DNA of 63,839 nt, the filler included, from Myxococcota bacterium (GTDB taxonomy: Bacteria; Myxococcota; Myxococcia; Myxococcales; Myxococcaceae): assembly GCA_049322255.1 (NCBI GenBank). It is 9 parts of 9 records of this genome, joined end to end, with 100 filler letters (N's around TTAATTAATTAA, not from the genome) between each part and the next. Parts side by side here need not be neighbours in the genome. Positions count along the whole stretch, not along the records: positions 50,885 to 57,759 come from JBMORE010000160.1; positions 57,860 to 63,839 come from JBMORE010000177.1; 7 more parts are not named here. The stretch is one strand, 5' to 3'. Positions 52,757 through 62,500 of this stretch are shown here, piece by piece. The notes under the pieces are model-generated. The model saw nothing but the letters and a program-made list of their open reading frames with translations, ran no database searches and was not told the origin of the DNA. The stretch's first letter is position 1. Each line of letters begins with the position of its first letter. A program made the position numbers and the translations under genes.

Positions 52757-53882
52757 CCTCGAGCACCGCGAGGTCGTCTCGGTGCACCGCTTCATCCAGG
52801 TAGCGGTAGCCGAGCACCTCTTCGATTTGTCCGCTCTTCTTCCCGGCGATGCGCTGCAAATCCTCGGCGCCATAAGCAGCAAGCCCTCGCCCGAATGCCT
52901 TGCCCTCGGCGTCGACGAGGTCGACCGGATCTCCCTCGGCAAAAGCACCCTCCACCTTGCGAATACCGCTGGGGAGCAGGCTCTTCTTCGCCTCCAGCAC
53001 CGCCTTCTTGGCGCCCTCGTCGACCCAGAGCTTTCCCTTCGGGCGCAGTGCGTGCGCAATCCACGCGGTGCGCGCTTGTCGCCGATTGGCGAACGGCTCG
53101 ATCAGAGTGCCCACGCGCCCGCCCTCCAGCGCAGCGCGCAGCTGCCCCTTCTTGCCCGAGGTGATGACGCACCGCACCCCCGCCTCCGAGGCTCGCGCCG
53201 CGGCACGCAGCTTGGTCGCCATTCCGCCCACGCCGACACCGGAGACGCTCCCTCCGGCCATGGCCAAAACCTCGGGCGTCACCGCGTCGAGCTCCTCCAA
53301 CAAGTGGGCGTCGGGAGAGCGACGTGGGTCCTGGTCGTAGAGCCCTTCGACGTCCGAGAGGATGACCAGCGCCTCGGCCGAGACCAGCCCAGCCACCAGC
53401 CCGGCGAGGGTGTCGTTGTCGCCGAACTTGATTTCGTCGACGGACACCGTGTCGTTCTCGTTGATGATCGGCACCACGTTCGCCGCGAGCAGCCGTTCGA
53501 GCGCGTGCCTGGCATTCAAGTAGCGCCGGCGGTCCTGCACATCCTCGTGGGTGAGCAGCACCTGCGCCACCACCCGCTCGGCGCGCCCGAAGGCCTCTTC
53601 GTAGGCCTGCATCAGACGGCTCTGCCCTACCGCCGCGCACGCCTGCTTGCCGGGAATGTCCTTGGGGCGGGCAGACAACCCCAGCCGCTCGACGCCCAAG
53701 GCGATGGCGCCCGAGGAGACCACCACCAGCTCGCGGCCTTGGGCCGCCCAGAGCAAGTCCGCCGCCAGCGCGTCGAAGTGGGCGCGGTCGAAGCGCCCGG
53801 TGGCGTGGGTGAGCGCTCCGGTGCCGATTTTCACTATCACCCGCTTGGCCGCCGGCAGGGCCCCTCTTCCGCGCTTGGTCAT
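52757..53882 (-). CDS. proB: Glutamate 5-kinase with PUA domain (last codons in gap)
   Basis: VKIGT, VSSGAI, INENDTV...FGDNDTL, GGMATKL, VD.GA, SLLPSGI, VHRDDL. Confidence 0.98.
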
Positions 53883-53945
53883 CGGTGCCACCATAGGAAG
53901 TCTTTGACGGCAGCCAACGGTTTTTTCCATACCCGGGAATGACGT

Positions 53946-55586
53946 ATGACCGGCCCTTCAATGAACGACGTCTTCGGTAACACCCTAGGCCTCAAGCCCA
54001 GCGAGCTGCGGCATCTGCGCAACACCTACCGCCGGCGGGTCTCACCCCACGAAATCGTCTCTCCCGAGCTCGCGCGCCACCTCTCCGAGCTGTCGAGCGC
54101 CACCCACCGCCAGCTGGGGGTGCTGCTCAACCGCAAAGGAGAGGTCGAGTACGTCATCGTCGGCAACGCGCACCGCCTCGAGCTGCCGGACATCGGTCGC
54201 GCGCGCGCCGGGCAGGTGCGTTTGCGCGGCTTGCGCCTGGTGCACACCCACCTCAAGTCCGAGCCGCTCACCAAAGACGACCTCACCGACTTGGCCCTGC
54301 TACGGCTCGACTTGGTCGCCGCCGTCGGCGTGCAGCACGACGGCCTGCCCGGGGTCTTGCATTTCGCCCACCTGGTTCCCGAGAACGGCACAGGGGCGTA
54401 CTGGCGCACCGAGACTTTGTCTACCGTCCACGGCCCCCAGCCCGACCTCGCCGAGACGCTCTTGGCGCTGGAGGACGAGCTTTCCCGCCGCGCCTTGGCC
54501 CGCAAGGTCGACGGCCGGGAGCGCGCCATTCTCGTCGCGGTCTGTCTCGACGGAAGCCGCTCCCAGGCGGAAAGCTCGCTGGCGGAATTGTCCGAGCTGG
54601 CGCGCACCGCGGGCGTCGAGGCGCTCGACCGAGTGCTGCAGATGCGCCGCGAACCCGACCCGCGCTACCTCATCGGCCGCGGCAAGCTCGAGGAGCTCAA
54701 CCTACGTTCGATGCAGCAGGGGGCCGATCTGCTCATCTTCGACAAGGACCTCTCCCCCTCGCAGAGCCGGCACATCGGCGAGGCGACCAGCCTCAAGGTG
54801 CTCGACCGCACCCAGCTCATCCTCGACATCTTCGCCCAACGCGCTCAGAGCGCCGACGGCAAACTTCAAGTAGAGCTGGCCCAGCTCAAGTACCTCTTGC
54901 CGCGGCTGGCGCAGAGCGACGACTCGCTCTCGCGGCTGGCGGGCGGCATCGGTGGCCGCGGCCCTGGGGAGACCAAGCTGGAAATCGACCGCCGGCGGGT
55001 GCGCGACCGCATCGCCCACTTGGAGAAGCGCATCGACGCCCTCTCGCGCGACCGCGCAGTGCGAAGGGCCCAACGCGCGCGCCGCGAGGTGCCCGTCATC
55101 TCCATCGTCGGCTACACCAACGCCGGCAAGTCCACCTTGCTCAACGCGCTCACCCAGTCGCAGGTGCTGGTGGAGAACAAGCTCTTCGCCACCTTGGACC
55201 CCACCAGCCGGCGTCTGCGCTTTCCCCGCGAGCACGAGGTCATCATCACCGACACGGTGGGCTTCATTCGCGACTTGCCCAAGGACCTGGTGGCCGCCTT
55301 CCGCGCCACCTTGGAGGAGCTGGACGACGCCTCCTTGCTCCTGCACGTCATCGACGCCTCCGACCCGGCGAAAGAGGCGCAGGTGGAGGCGGTGGAGAAC
55401 ATCCTCACCTCCCTCGGTCTTCACCCAAAGCCGCGCCTCAAGGTGTGGAACAAGTGCGACCAGGTGCCGTCCGACGAGCTGTCCGCGCTCTTACGCCGCG
55501 AAGGCGGAGTGGCGGTCAGCGCCCTCACGCGCCTTGGCCTGGACGAGCTTTTATACAAGGCGGAGCAGGCGGCCTTTCTTGCTTAA
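53946..55586 (+). CDS. hflX: GTPase HflX with N-terminal extension
   Basis: DRTQLILDIFAQRA, GRGPGETKLE, GYTNAGKST, LFATLDPT, DTVGF, NKCD. Confidence 0.97.
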   Translation: MTGPSMNDVFGNTLGLKPSELRHLRNTYRRRVSPHEIVSPELARHLSELSSATHRQLGVLLNRKGEVEYVIVGNAHRLELPDIGRARAGQVRLRGLRLVHTHLKSEPLTKDDLTDLALLRLDLVAAVGVQHDGLPGVLHFAHLVPENGTGAYWRTETLSTVHGPQPDLAETLLALEDELSRRALARKVDGRERAILVAVCLDGSRSQAESSLAELSELARTAGVEALDRVLQMRREPDPRYLIGRGKLEELNLRSMQQGADLLIFDKDLSPSQSRHIGEATSLKVLDRTQLILDIFAQRAQSADGKLQVELAQLKYLLPRLAQSDDSLSRLAGGIGGRGPGETKLEIDRRRVRDRIAHLEKRIDALSRDRAVRRAQRARREVPVISIVGYTNAGKSTLLNALTQSQVLVENKLFATLDPTSRRLRFPREHEVIITDTVGFIRDLPKDLVAAFRATLEELDDASLLLHVIDASDPAKEAQVEAVENILTSLGLHPKPRLKVWNKCDQVPSDELSALLRREGGVAVSALTRLGLDELLYKAEQAAFLA

Positions 55587-55639
55587 GGCACAAGGCGGTC
55601 AATAACATCCGCCCCGCTTTGATGTGCCAACTTCTCAGC

Positions 55640-56023
55640 ATGACGCTCGCGGCCCCACCCCCGCAGGCGAGCTCTCCCGAGTACTTCGAGCTTCTCGAGA
55701 GCAACGCCCACATCATCTACCCTTTGCTGGGTTTTCTCGTGGTGCTCCTCTTGGTGGCCGGCATCCTCCACGCGTGGCGCACCCAAGACCTCGACGGGCT
55801 GGCCAAGGCCGAGCTCAAGCGGGAAATTCTCCTCGAGCTGCGCCGGCAAGTCAGTGGGGTCACCGCCGAGCGGCTCTCGAGGGTGGTGGGCCTCGAGCCC
55901 TTCAAGCTGGTGAAGGTGCTCGAGGAGATGCAGAACGACGGCTTGCTCAACTCGCACACCAACACCCAGCGGCTCACCGTGTGGCAAGTCAAAGGCGCAC
56001 CGCCGCCGGTGTTCCGCAGGTAG
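55640..56023 (+). CDS. Single-TM protein with possible cytoplasmic winged-helix-like domain
   Basis: Hydrophobic helix, then EILLELRR...GVTAERLSR.VGL....L..VLEEM..DGLL. Confidence 0.6.
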   Translation: MTLAAPPPQASSPEYFELLESNAHIIYPLLGFLVVLLLVAGILHAWRTQDLDGLAKAELKREILLELRRQVSGVTAERLSRVVGLEPFKLVKVLEEMQNDGLLNSHTNTQRLTVWQVKGAPPPVFRR

Positions 56024-56029
56024 CGTTAC

Positions 56030-57742
56030 TCAAGGGAGCGACGCCACGCCCGCCATCCGTGCGCGAACGATGGGGCCGTAGGGGTCGTCGGTGTGAACCT
56101 CGGCGTGGATGCGGTAGAGCTGATTGGGGGTGGGGCACGTCCCCGGACCGCTGGTGGGCGAGCACTGCGGGCCGAAGACCAAGGTGCCCAGCGCCTTCTG
56201 GGTAGGCTGCGCGGGGTTGGTGGTGGCGGGAAGGTCGTGCGGCGCGTACTGGTTGGGGTCGCCGCCGTCCACCGCCTCCCAGCCGAAAAACCGGCAAGGA
56301 CTCGTCGGGCCGGCGCTCGCGCAGCTTTGGAACTGCAGCCCGCCGTCGGTCTGGGGCACCTCCTCCACGAGCTCGACCTGGGTCACCTTCAGCGGCGCGT
56401 CGCCCGAGTTGTTCACCCCGTAAAAGGCGAACTTGCAGGGCGGCGTGGCCGGCATCGCCAGAGAGCCGCAGTTCCAATCGGAGGGAACTCCCCATGGCAG
56501 CTTGGAGGTGCCGTCCATCGTCACCAGGATGGTGGCCGGCGTGTGCGAGGCCGGCTCGTTCTGGCGAGTCCACACCACCCGCGCCAAGTCAGTCCCCTCG
56601 TCGCGGCAACGCGAGCGCGCGGTGTACTGAACCGTCACCTTCTGGCTCTCCCCGCCCTCCGGCAAGCTCGCGGTGGGCTCGACGTATGGGCTGGCGACGC
56701 CGCCGTCGGCGAGCTGCGGCACGTTGGAGAAGGTGAAGTCGGAGAGCGCGGGGTAGCCGGCGTCGCACCGGTCTTTGGTGTAGGGGTAGGGCTCGTAGCG
56801 CATCGAGTACGCCACCGGCACGTTGCCCTCGTTCTTCACGAAGAGCTGCCCGCGTCCCTGGCTGGCGCCGCTGGCGCAAGAGTTGACGCCCGCGTCGCCA
56901 AAGAGCGACTGGTCGCACAGCCCCAGAAAGCGCACGGGAAGATTCGGCGCCGCCTCGGTGGGGTCGGTGCAGTTGGCGGTACCGGCGCCTTCGGGTTGGA
57001 AGCACACCCGAGGCAGGGCGAGCACCCCGCGCCCCTGCAACGGCACGCGCAGCGTTCCTCCCTGGAGCGGATCGAGGGTGAGCTCCAGCGCCCCTGCCAC
57101 CTCGAGCATCTGGGCGGGTGCAAAGGTGATGTCCACTGAGACACTCGCTCCGGCAGCCAGGGTGGAAAGAAGCGGTGTCCAGTCGGCGCTCATGACGGGA
57201 GCAGGCGGCGCGGAGGAGTCGAGCTGCGCGGCGTGAATCTGCAGCTCCTTGCTCCCGGCGTTGCTCACCGTCAACGTCACCGTCTTGCGCTCGCCCACGT
57301 AGACGTCGCCGAAGGCAAGGGGGTTGGGAGAGGCCACCGCCACCGCGGTGATGCCGGTACCAGCGAGGTCGATGAGCACCGAAGGCCGCTGTGGGTCGTC
57401 GCTGCGAAGGGTGAGCTGCCCGGTGACCCGGCGGTTGACTTGGGTGGGCTTGAAGGACACCACCAGCTGGGTCTCCTCGCCCACGCCCACGGTCAACGGG
57501 AGGGGGGTGGTGCTGCCGAAGGGGGCAGCCGCCTCGAGAGCGGAGAGGGTGAGCGCCGTCGCCCCACCGTTTCGAATGCGCAAGGGCAGGGTGTGCTCCA
57601 GGCCAACCTGCACGGTGCCGAAGTCGAGAAAGGTTCGCTCCGCCCCGTCGTCACTGGGGACTTCGAGCTTCGGTTGGCGCCTGCTGGTGCGGGTGTCGCA
57701 GGTGCAACCGACCAGCGCGAGCACGGCGAGCGCCGCGAACAA
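56030..57742 (-). CDS. Lipoprotein with choice-of-anchor D (ASH/Ig-like) domains; start uncertain at contig edge
   Basis: Lipobox LVGC; repeated LDFG.V.VG...I.N.G...L and SDDP motifs. Confidence 0.82.
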   Translation of the reverse strand: MFAALAVLALVGCTCDTRTSRRQPKLEVPSDDGAERTFLDFGTVQVGLEHTLPLRIRNGGATALTLSALEAAAPFGSTTPLPLTVGVGEETQLVVSFKPTQVNRRVTGQLTLRSDDPQRPSVLIDLAGTGITAVAVASPNPLAFGDVYVGERKTVTLTVSNAGSKELQIHAAQLDSSAPPAPVMSADWTPLLSTLAAGASVSVDITFAPAQMLEVAGALELTLDPLQGGTLRVPLQGRGVLALPRVCFQPEGAGTANCTDPTEAAPNLPVRFLGLCDQSLFGDAGVNSCASGASQGRGQLFVKNEGNVPVAYSMRYEPYPYTKDRCDAGYPALSDFTFSNVPQLADGGVASPYVEPTASLPEGGESQKVTVQYTARSRCRDEGTDLARVVWTRQNEPASHTPATILVTMDGTSKLPWGVPSDWNCGSLAMPATPPCKFAFYGVNNSGDAPLKVTQVELVEEVPQTDGGLQFQSCASAGPTSPCRFFGWEAVDGGDPNQYAPHDLPATTNPAQPTQKALGTLVFGPQCSPTSGPGTCPTPNQLYRIHAEVHTDDPYGPIVRARMAGVASLP

Positions 57743-57743
57743 A

Positions 57744-57759
57744 CCCCTCTCCCCCTGGG
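57744..57759 (+). repeat. Partial REP-like element at the contig break
   Basis: CCCCTCTCCCCCTGGG, the 5' half of the element seen at 28764 and 33534. Confidence 0.6.
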
Positions 57760-57859
57760 NNNNNNNNNNNNNNNNNNNNNNNNNNNNNNNNNNNNNNNNN
57801 NNNTTAATTAATTAANNNNNNNNNNNNNNNNNNNNNNNNNNNNNNNNNNNNNNNNNNNN

Positions 57860-58015
57860 CTCACCGCGGTGGTCGCCTTCGTCGAGCGCAGCGGCGGGAG
57901 CCTCCGTGTACGCTCCCGGCCCGGCACTGGCAGCTGCTTTACCATCGACCTCCCGCGCGCGAGGCAAGAGACCGTCGCGCAAGAGGCCGAGCAGCCAGAC
58001 ACCGGAACGACATGA
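57860..58015 (+). CDS. Histidine kinase HATPase C-terminal fragment (not in the ORF track)
   Basis: Translates LTAVVAFVERSGGSLRVRSRPGTGSCFTIDLPR..., the typical post-G2-box pattern. Confidence 0.75.
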   Translation, partial: LTAVVAFVERSGGSLRVRSRPGTGSCFTIDLPRARQETVAQEAEQPDTGTT

Positions 58016-58039
58016 AGTAGGCGCGCCAGGACTCGAACC
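58014..58039 (-). repeat. Degenerate tRNA 3'-end copy (att-like)
   Basis: 22/26 identical, same orientation, to 63793-63818 (T-arm and acceptor of the CAT tRNA). Confidence 0.7.
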
Positions 58040-58050
58040 CGCGCCTGAGG

Positions 58051-58593
58051 TCACGGGGAGGGTGCGGTCGGCACCGCCGCTGTTGGTCGAGGTGGCTGCG
58101 AGATTTCCACCACCAGGTTGCCAAGCGAGCGCCGCGCGCGCACGGCGAGCGTCCTGACGACCTCGCCCGACGAGACCAGGACTTCCGCCATGCCCTGGCC
58201 CGTCACCGTGAGGGTGACTCGCGGGCCGCTGGCCGGCGAAATTTGCACGAGCTGCGCGTCGGATGCCGTCCATTCCAGGGGGACCTCGATCGCCCGCCCG
58301 GTTGTGTCAACGCCGGTCGCCTTCACCTGCACCTTGACTGGGCCACCTGGCTTTGGGCTGACGTAGGTCGCTTCCCGCACCCAGACTGGACCCAGGTACT
58401 GGCTCTGAGTGAGGCGAGGGTCGAGGAGCAGCAGCACCGAAATGTCGGCCAGGCGTGCCGGCGTGGGAGAGGCCTTGGCGCCGGCCGACGCATCGGGTGG
58501 ACCGACGGGCGCTCGCGAGACGTCGGGCAGATCGCCGGAGCAGTCTGCGAGCGCTACAAGAAGCAGCCCCAAGCCGCGGTATGGCGCCGTCAT
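58051..58593 (-). CDS. Hypothetical lipoprotein-like protein with Ig-like domain
   Basis: Hydrophobic leader ending in C; WTASD...V.ISP..G..VTLTV...G; coupled to the PPIase stop. Confidence 0.65.
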   Translation of the reverse strand: MTAPYRGLGLLLVALADCSGDLPDVSRAPVGPPDASAGAKASPTPARLADISVLLLLDPRLTQSQYLGPVWVREATYVSPKPGGPVKVQVKATGVDTTGRAIEVPLEWTASDAQLVQISPASGPRVTLTVTGQGMAEVLVSSGEVVRTLAVRARRSLGNLVVEISQPPRPTAAVPTAPSP

Positions 58594-58594
58594 C

Positions 58595-59542
58595 TCAGTC
58601 CTTCCGTGGCCTGCTTTTCTCCACCGGGTCCGACGACGCGACTGGAGAAAACACCTCGATCTTCGAGCTCCGCTCCTGCTCCGCCAGCCAGGCATGCAGG
58701 ATCTCTTCGCGCCTTTGGGCCAGCAGATGCCGCTCGATGCGGGGTTGCGCCTCCGCCAGGGTCAGGGGGCGGCCCTGGCGCCGGCCATCGAGACGGACGA
58801 TCAAGAAGTCGCTGCCTCGCCGCAGTGGCCCGCGCGCTGCTCCGACCTTCATGGCTTGGACGTTCTCCCGGATGGGTGGTGGCAGGGACTCGGCAGAGAG
58901 CCAGCCGATGTCGCCGCCCTGGCGAGCCCGGTAGCCCAGCGATCGCTGTTGGGCGATTGCCGAAAAGCTCGCCCCCTTCTGCAGGGCGGCCATGATCGCA
59001 TCAGCCGCCGCCCTGTCTTTGACCGCGATCACCCGCACGCGGACCTCCTCGCCCGCCTTCAGCTCGGCCTGGTGCGCCTCGTAGTACCGGTCGATCTGGT
59101 CCGGTGAAGCGGTGGAGCCCCGAACCAGCGCCTGCTTCATACGGCCCACCAGAATCTCCTCACCCACCGCCTCGAACAAAGTTCGGTCGTTCAGGCCGTG
59201 CTCCGCCATCCACCGTCCGAAGCTGGCGAGATCGAAAAACCGGCGACGGAGCGATGCCACTCCCTGGTCGACTTCCTCGGACGAGACGGCAAGGTGTCGC
59301 CGGCGGGCCTCTTGAAGCAACAGCCGACGATGGATCAACTCCCGCATCGCCAGGTGGTCCAGCGTCTGCAAATGGCGCGTCACTGGCTCCCCGTTCACCC
59401 GAGCCACAATCTCCGCGTCCGCGCCTTGGGCGTCGGCCCAGCAGAGAGCGGCGGCAAGGAGGATGCCGGCGAACCGGGAGGTGCTCGGGCCGGGGTGCGC
59501 CCGGTCGGATTTCCAGGGAAGCAACATCGAACCGAGCTCCAT
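58595..59542 (-). CDS. SurA/PrsA-type parvulin peptidyl-prolyl isomerase
   Basis: VARVNGEPVT, LLLQEARR, GASFSAIAQQRS, GGDIGW. Confidence 0.9.
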   Translation of the reverse strand: MELGSMLLPWKSDRAHPGPSTSRFAGILLAAALCWADAQGADAEIVARVNGEPVTRHLQTLDHLAMRELIHRRLLLQEARRRHLAVSSEEVDQGVASLRRRFFDLASFGRWMAEHGLNDRTLFEAVGEEILVGRMKQALVRGSTASPDQIDRYYEAHQAELKAGEEVRVRVIAVKDRAAADAIMAALQKGASFSAIAQQRSLGYRARQGGDIGWLSAESLPPPIRENVQAMKVGAARGPLRRGSDFLIVRLDGRRQGRPLTLAEAQPRIERHLLAQRREEILHAWLAEQERSSKIEVFSPVASSDPVEKSRPRKD

Positions 59543-62500
59543 TTACGGCGGGTTGGGGTCGAAGTGGTCGTTGTTTGGCCCCGGCTGCGGCTCGCTGGAG
59601 ATGCCCAGGAAGTTCGGGAGGGGGCCGCAATCGGCGGTGATCGGACCTCCGCAAGCAGGTCTGCCCGATGCCCCCACTGCGGCGATCTGCCGGAAGCAGA
59701 CCGGGCCTGGGTTCGGCCCCGGTACTGGGCACGGCACGCCCGACTGGGCGACCAACTGCGTGGGGCCGCCGGTGTTGTCGGGCGCCGCCCCGTCGATGGG
59801 GATGAAGATCTGGGGATGGTCGAAGGGCGCCCGCTCGAGCTTCACCCGTGGATCGGTGAGCGCGAGGAGGAACTTCACCAGCGCGTTCTTTGCGTCTTCC
59901 GTGGTTGCGTACTCGGGGGTGATCGAATGATCGGTGTCGGGCATGGCGTCGTAGAGGAACGCCGTGTCCGGAAGCCCATCGGCGAAGCTGCCCACCAGGT
60001 AACTGAAAGAACCGCAGCGATTGGTTCCCACCCCGGGTACCAACGGGTAGGCGGGGTCGTTCGGCGCGGCGGTCGAGCAGTCGAACGGGTTCAGGAGGTT
60101 TCCTCCCCGCGTCGGTCCGAAGGAGAACGCCTGGAAGTCGAGGTTGACGACGTGCGGGTCTCGACTCTCGCGGTTGGTCACGGGGAAGTCGCCGCCGCGA
60201 GCGTAGAAGTCGACCACCTGGCGCAGGGTCAGGTAGCTGCCCGTGTGGAAGAAGGGACCGGTCAGCTCGACATTACGCAGCGGGGGCGCCTTGAACGCAC
60301 CGTTCCTCATCACCCGGTTGGGTACGGGCCAGGTGCCCTGTGCTGGGGTGGCGAAGTTGCCCGCGACGCCCGACTGGTGCTGAGGGCAGAGCCGGTCGTC
60401 AGAGGTGGGAGGCCCCCACCCAAAGTTCGGCGGCCCGTTGCCGAACACGGCCGGATCGTAGCGGGCACAGTGGAAGTCGGCGCCGAACAGAATCTCAGGG
60501 AACTCGATGCCCGGGCCACCGTTGGGAGGCGTGATGGTGTTGGGCACCATCCCCGCGATCTCGTCGATCTGCGGGTGCAGCTCGCCGGCAGGCAGGCTGT
60601 GTACCCAGGAGGTCATGTATTCGGGCAGCTCGGGGTGGATTGGATCTCGCTCGAACCCGGGGTTGATCGATTGAAGGTCGTGCGCGCTTCCCGGGAAGGC
60701 AACCCCGCCCCCGGTCTCCTCGAAGCTTTCGCCGAGGTCGAACGGGTCGAAGTTGGGCATCAGACAGCTGGCCAGTGAATCGTCACAGGGCTCGAAGTCC
60801 GCCCCCCCGATGTTCTTCAGGGTCAGCGTCGCCAGCGAGAGAGGCCAGCCAAACGGGTCCAGCCCACCCCGGCCGAGGTCGTCGGCGAACGGTCGAAGGC
60901 CGATGTTGTAGACCCCCTGGTCGCCGAAGGCGAAGTTGCTCTCCTGCGCGATGATTCGATCGTCCCAGGGTGTCGCTGGGTCATCGAACACCGCGAAGTC
61001 GCGGGGCTCCACCTCCACTGCGTCCTGAGCCACGCCCTCGCCGACCTCCTCTTCGAGGATCAAGCCGGGGACGACCTTCGAGGTGCCTGAGGGCTCGGGC
61101 GTCGGAAGAAGGCCGTCGGCGAAGGTGGCAGGCGTCGTCGGGTCGGGGAGCACCGGCGGGGTCGGGTACTCGAACTCGGCGTCGTTCTTCAGCACGCCGT
61201 GGGAAATGTTGATGCTGTGGTCGGTCTGTTCGGCGCCGAGGTGGCAGAGCATGCACTTGGCGCTTCGGGTGAATGGGTTGGACCCGACCCTGATCGTCTG
61301 CCCGAGGCTGTTGGTGATCTCGGGGTTCCGGTTCACTCCGGAGCGGGGATCGACCGCGTCGGCGGGGGCGAGGCCCGCGGTCAGGTTCGCTCCGGCGAAG
61401 ATGTCGAACCCGAAGAGCTCATCTGGGCCGAAGCCATCGTAGAACGGCGTCGTCGGGTCGTCGGGGATGAGGGTGACCTTGCCTGATTTGGTGCCATTGA
61501 GCTCCCCGTCATCGAGCAGGTCGGGGATGAGCGTGGGAAAAAGAACCGCCTGGTCTCCGGGTTCGCCGACTCCGTGCCCGGCGTTGGGGTTGGCGTCGAA
61601 GAATTGGTCGGCGGGGGTGTGGTCAGGGATGGTGAGCGACTCGTAGGCCTGCACCGCGAGTGCGAAGAACAGGCTGAAGTTCGCTTCCATTTGGGTGAAC
61701 TCGTTGGTGTTGCTGGGGCTCGCGGGGCCGGTGGCGACAGTGAGGACGTAACCGTCGAAGGGGTCGCAGCCCGCGGGCGACACCTCCCCGTTCAGGGCCG
61801 GCGCGTCCGGGTCGCAGGGAGCGGGCGTGCCTACGAGCCTTCGGTTTCGACGATTCCAGTACTCCCGCTTGAACGAAAGCCGGATCAAGTCGGGATAGGA
61901 GATGCACAGCCCTGGCCTGCCCAACGCGGTGGGCCGGTCCAACACCTGGCAGACCGAGCCGCCCTGGTTGGAAAAGGGGCCGAGCCGGCTGTCGTCGGTG
62001 GCCACCAGCTGGTTGGCCAGCGGCACCACCGCGTTCGCCCGGTTGGTGCCCGGCTGCTGGGGAGCGCCGTTGCCCTGGCTCTGGATGAAGCCCTGGTCTC
62101 CCTGGAGCAGCTTCTTTCCGATTTTTGGCCAGTTTCGACCATCGAACGACATCTCGAAGTTGCTGAGCGGAGGCCCGACCGACTGGGAGGCTAGGCTCGC
62201 GAACTTGATCCGCACCGGTTGCTCGGCAAGCGCGGGGTCGAACTCCTCCTCGTCTTCGTCGAGGAGGTCGGGGCGGAGATGGCCCATGGTCGCACCGGTG
62301 AATTCGCCGGTCCCGAAGATGGAGAGCCCGGGGTTGATGAAGATGTGGGGCGTGGGATCTGCGGGGCCGAACACGCTGCCGCCGTTGAAGGCGAAGCGGG
62401 CGCGCCCGTCCCAGAAGTTGTCGAAGTTGAAAGCGGCGCCGTGGAAGGTCGGGGTGTTGCGGGGCTCGACTCGACGCACGCCCTGCATCACCGGCACCGG

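Noticed and set aside
51380..53059. ORFs spanning the 52657-52756 gap (asparaginase or proB fusions)
   Set aside because: Read-through of Ns; the two genes are convergent and end in or near the gap
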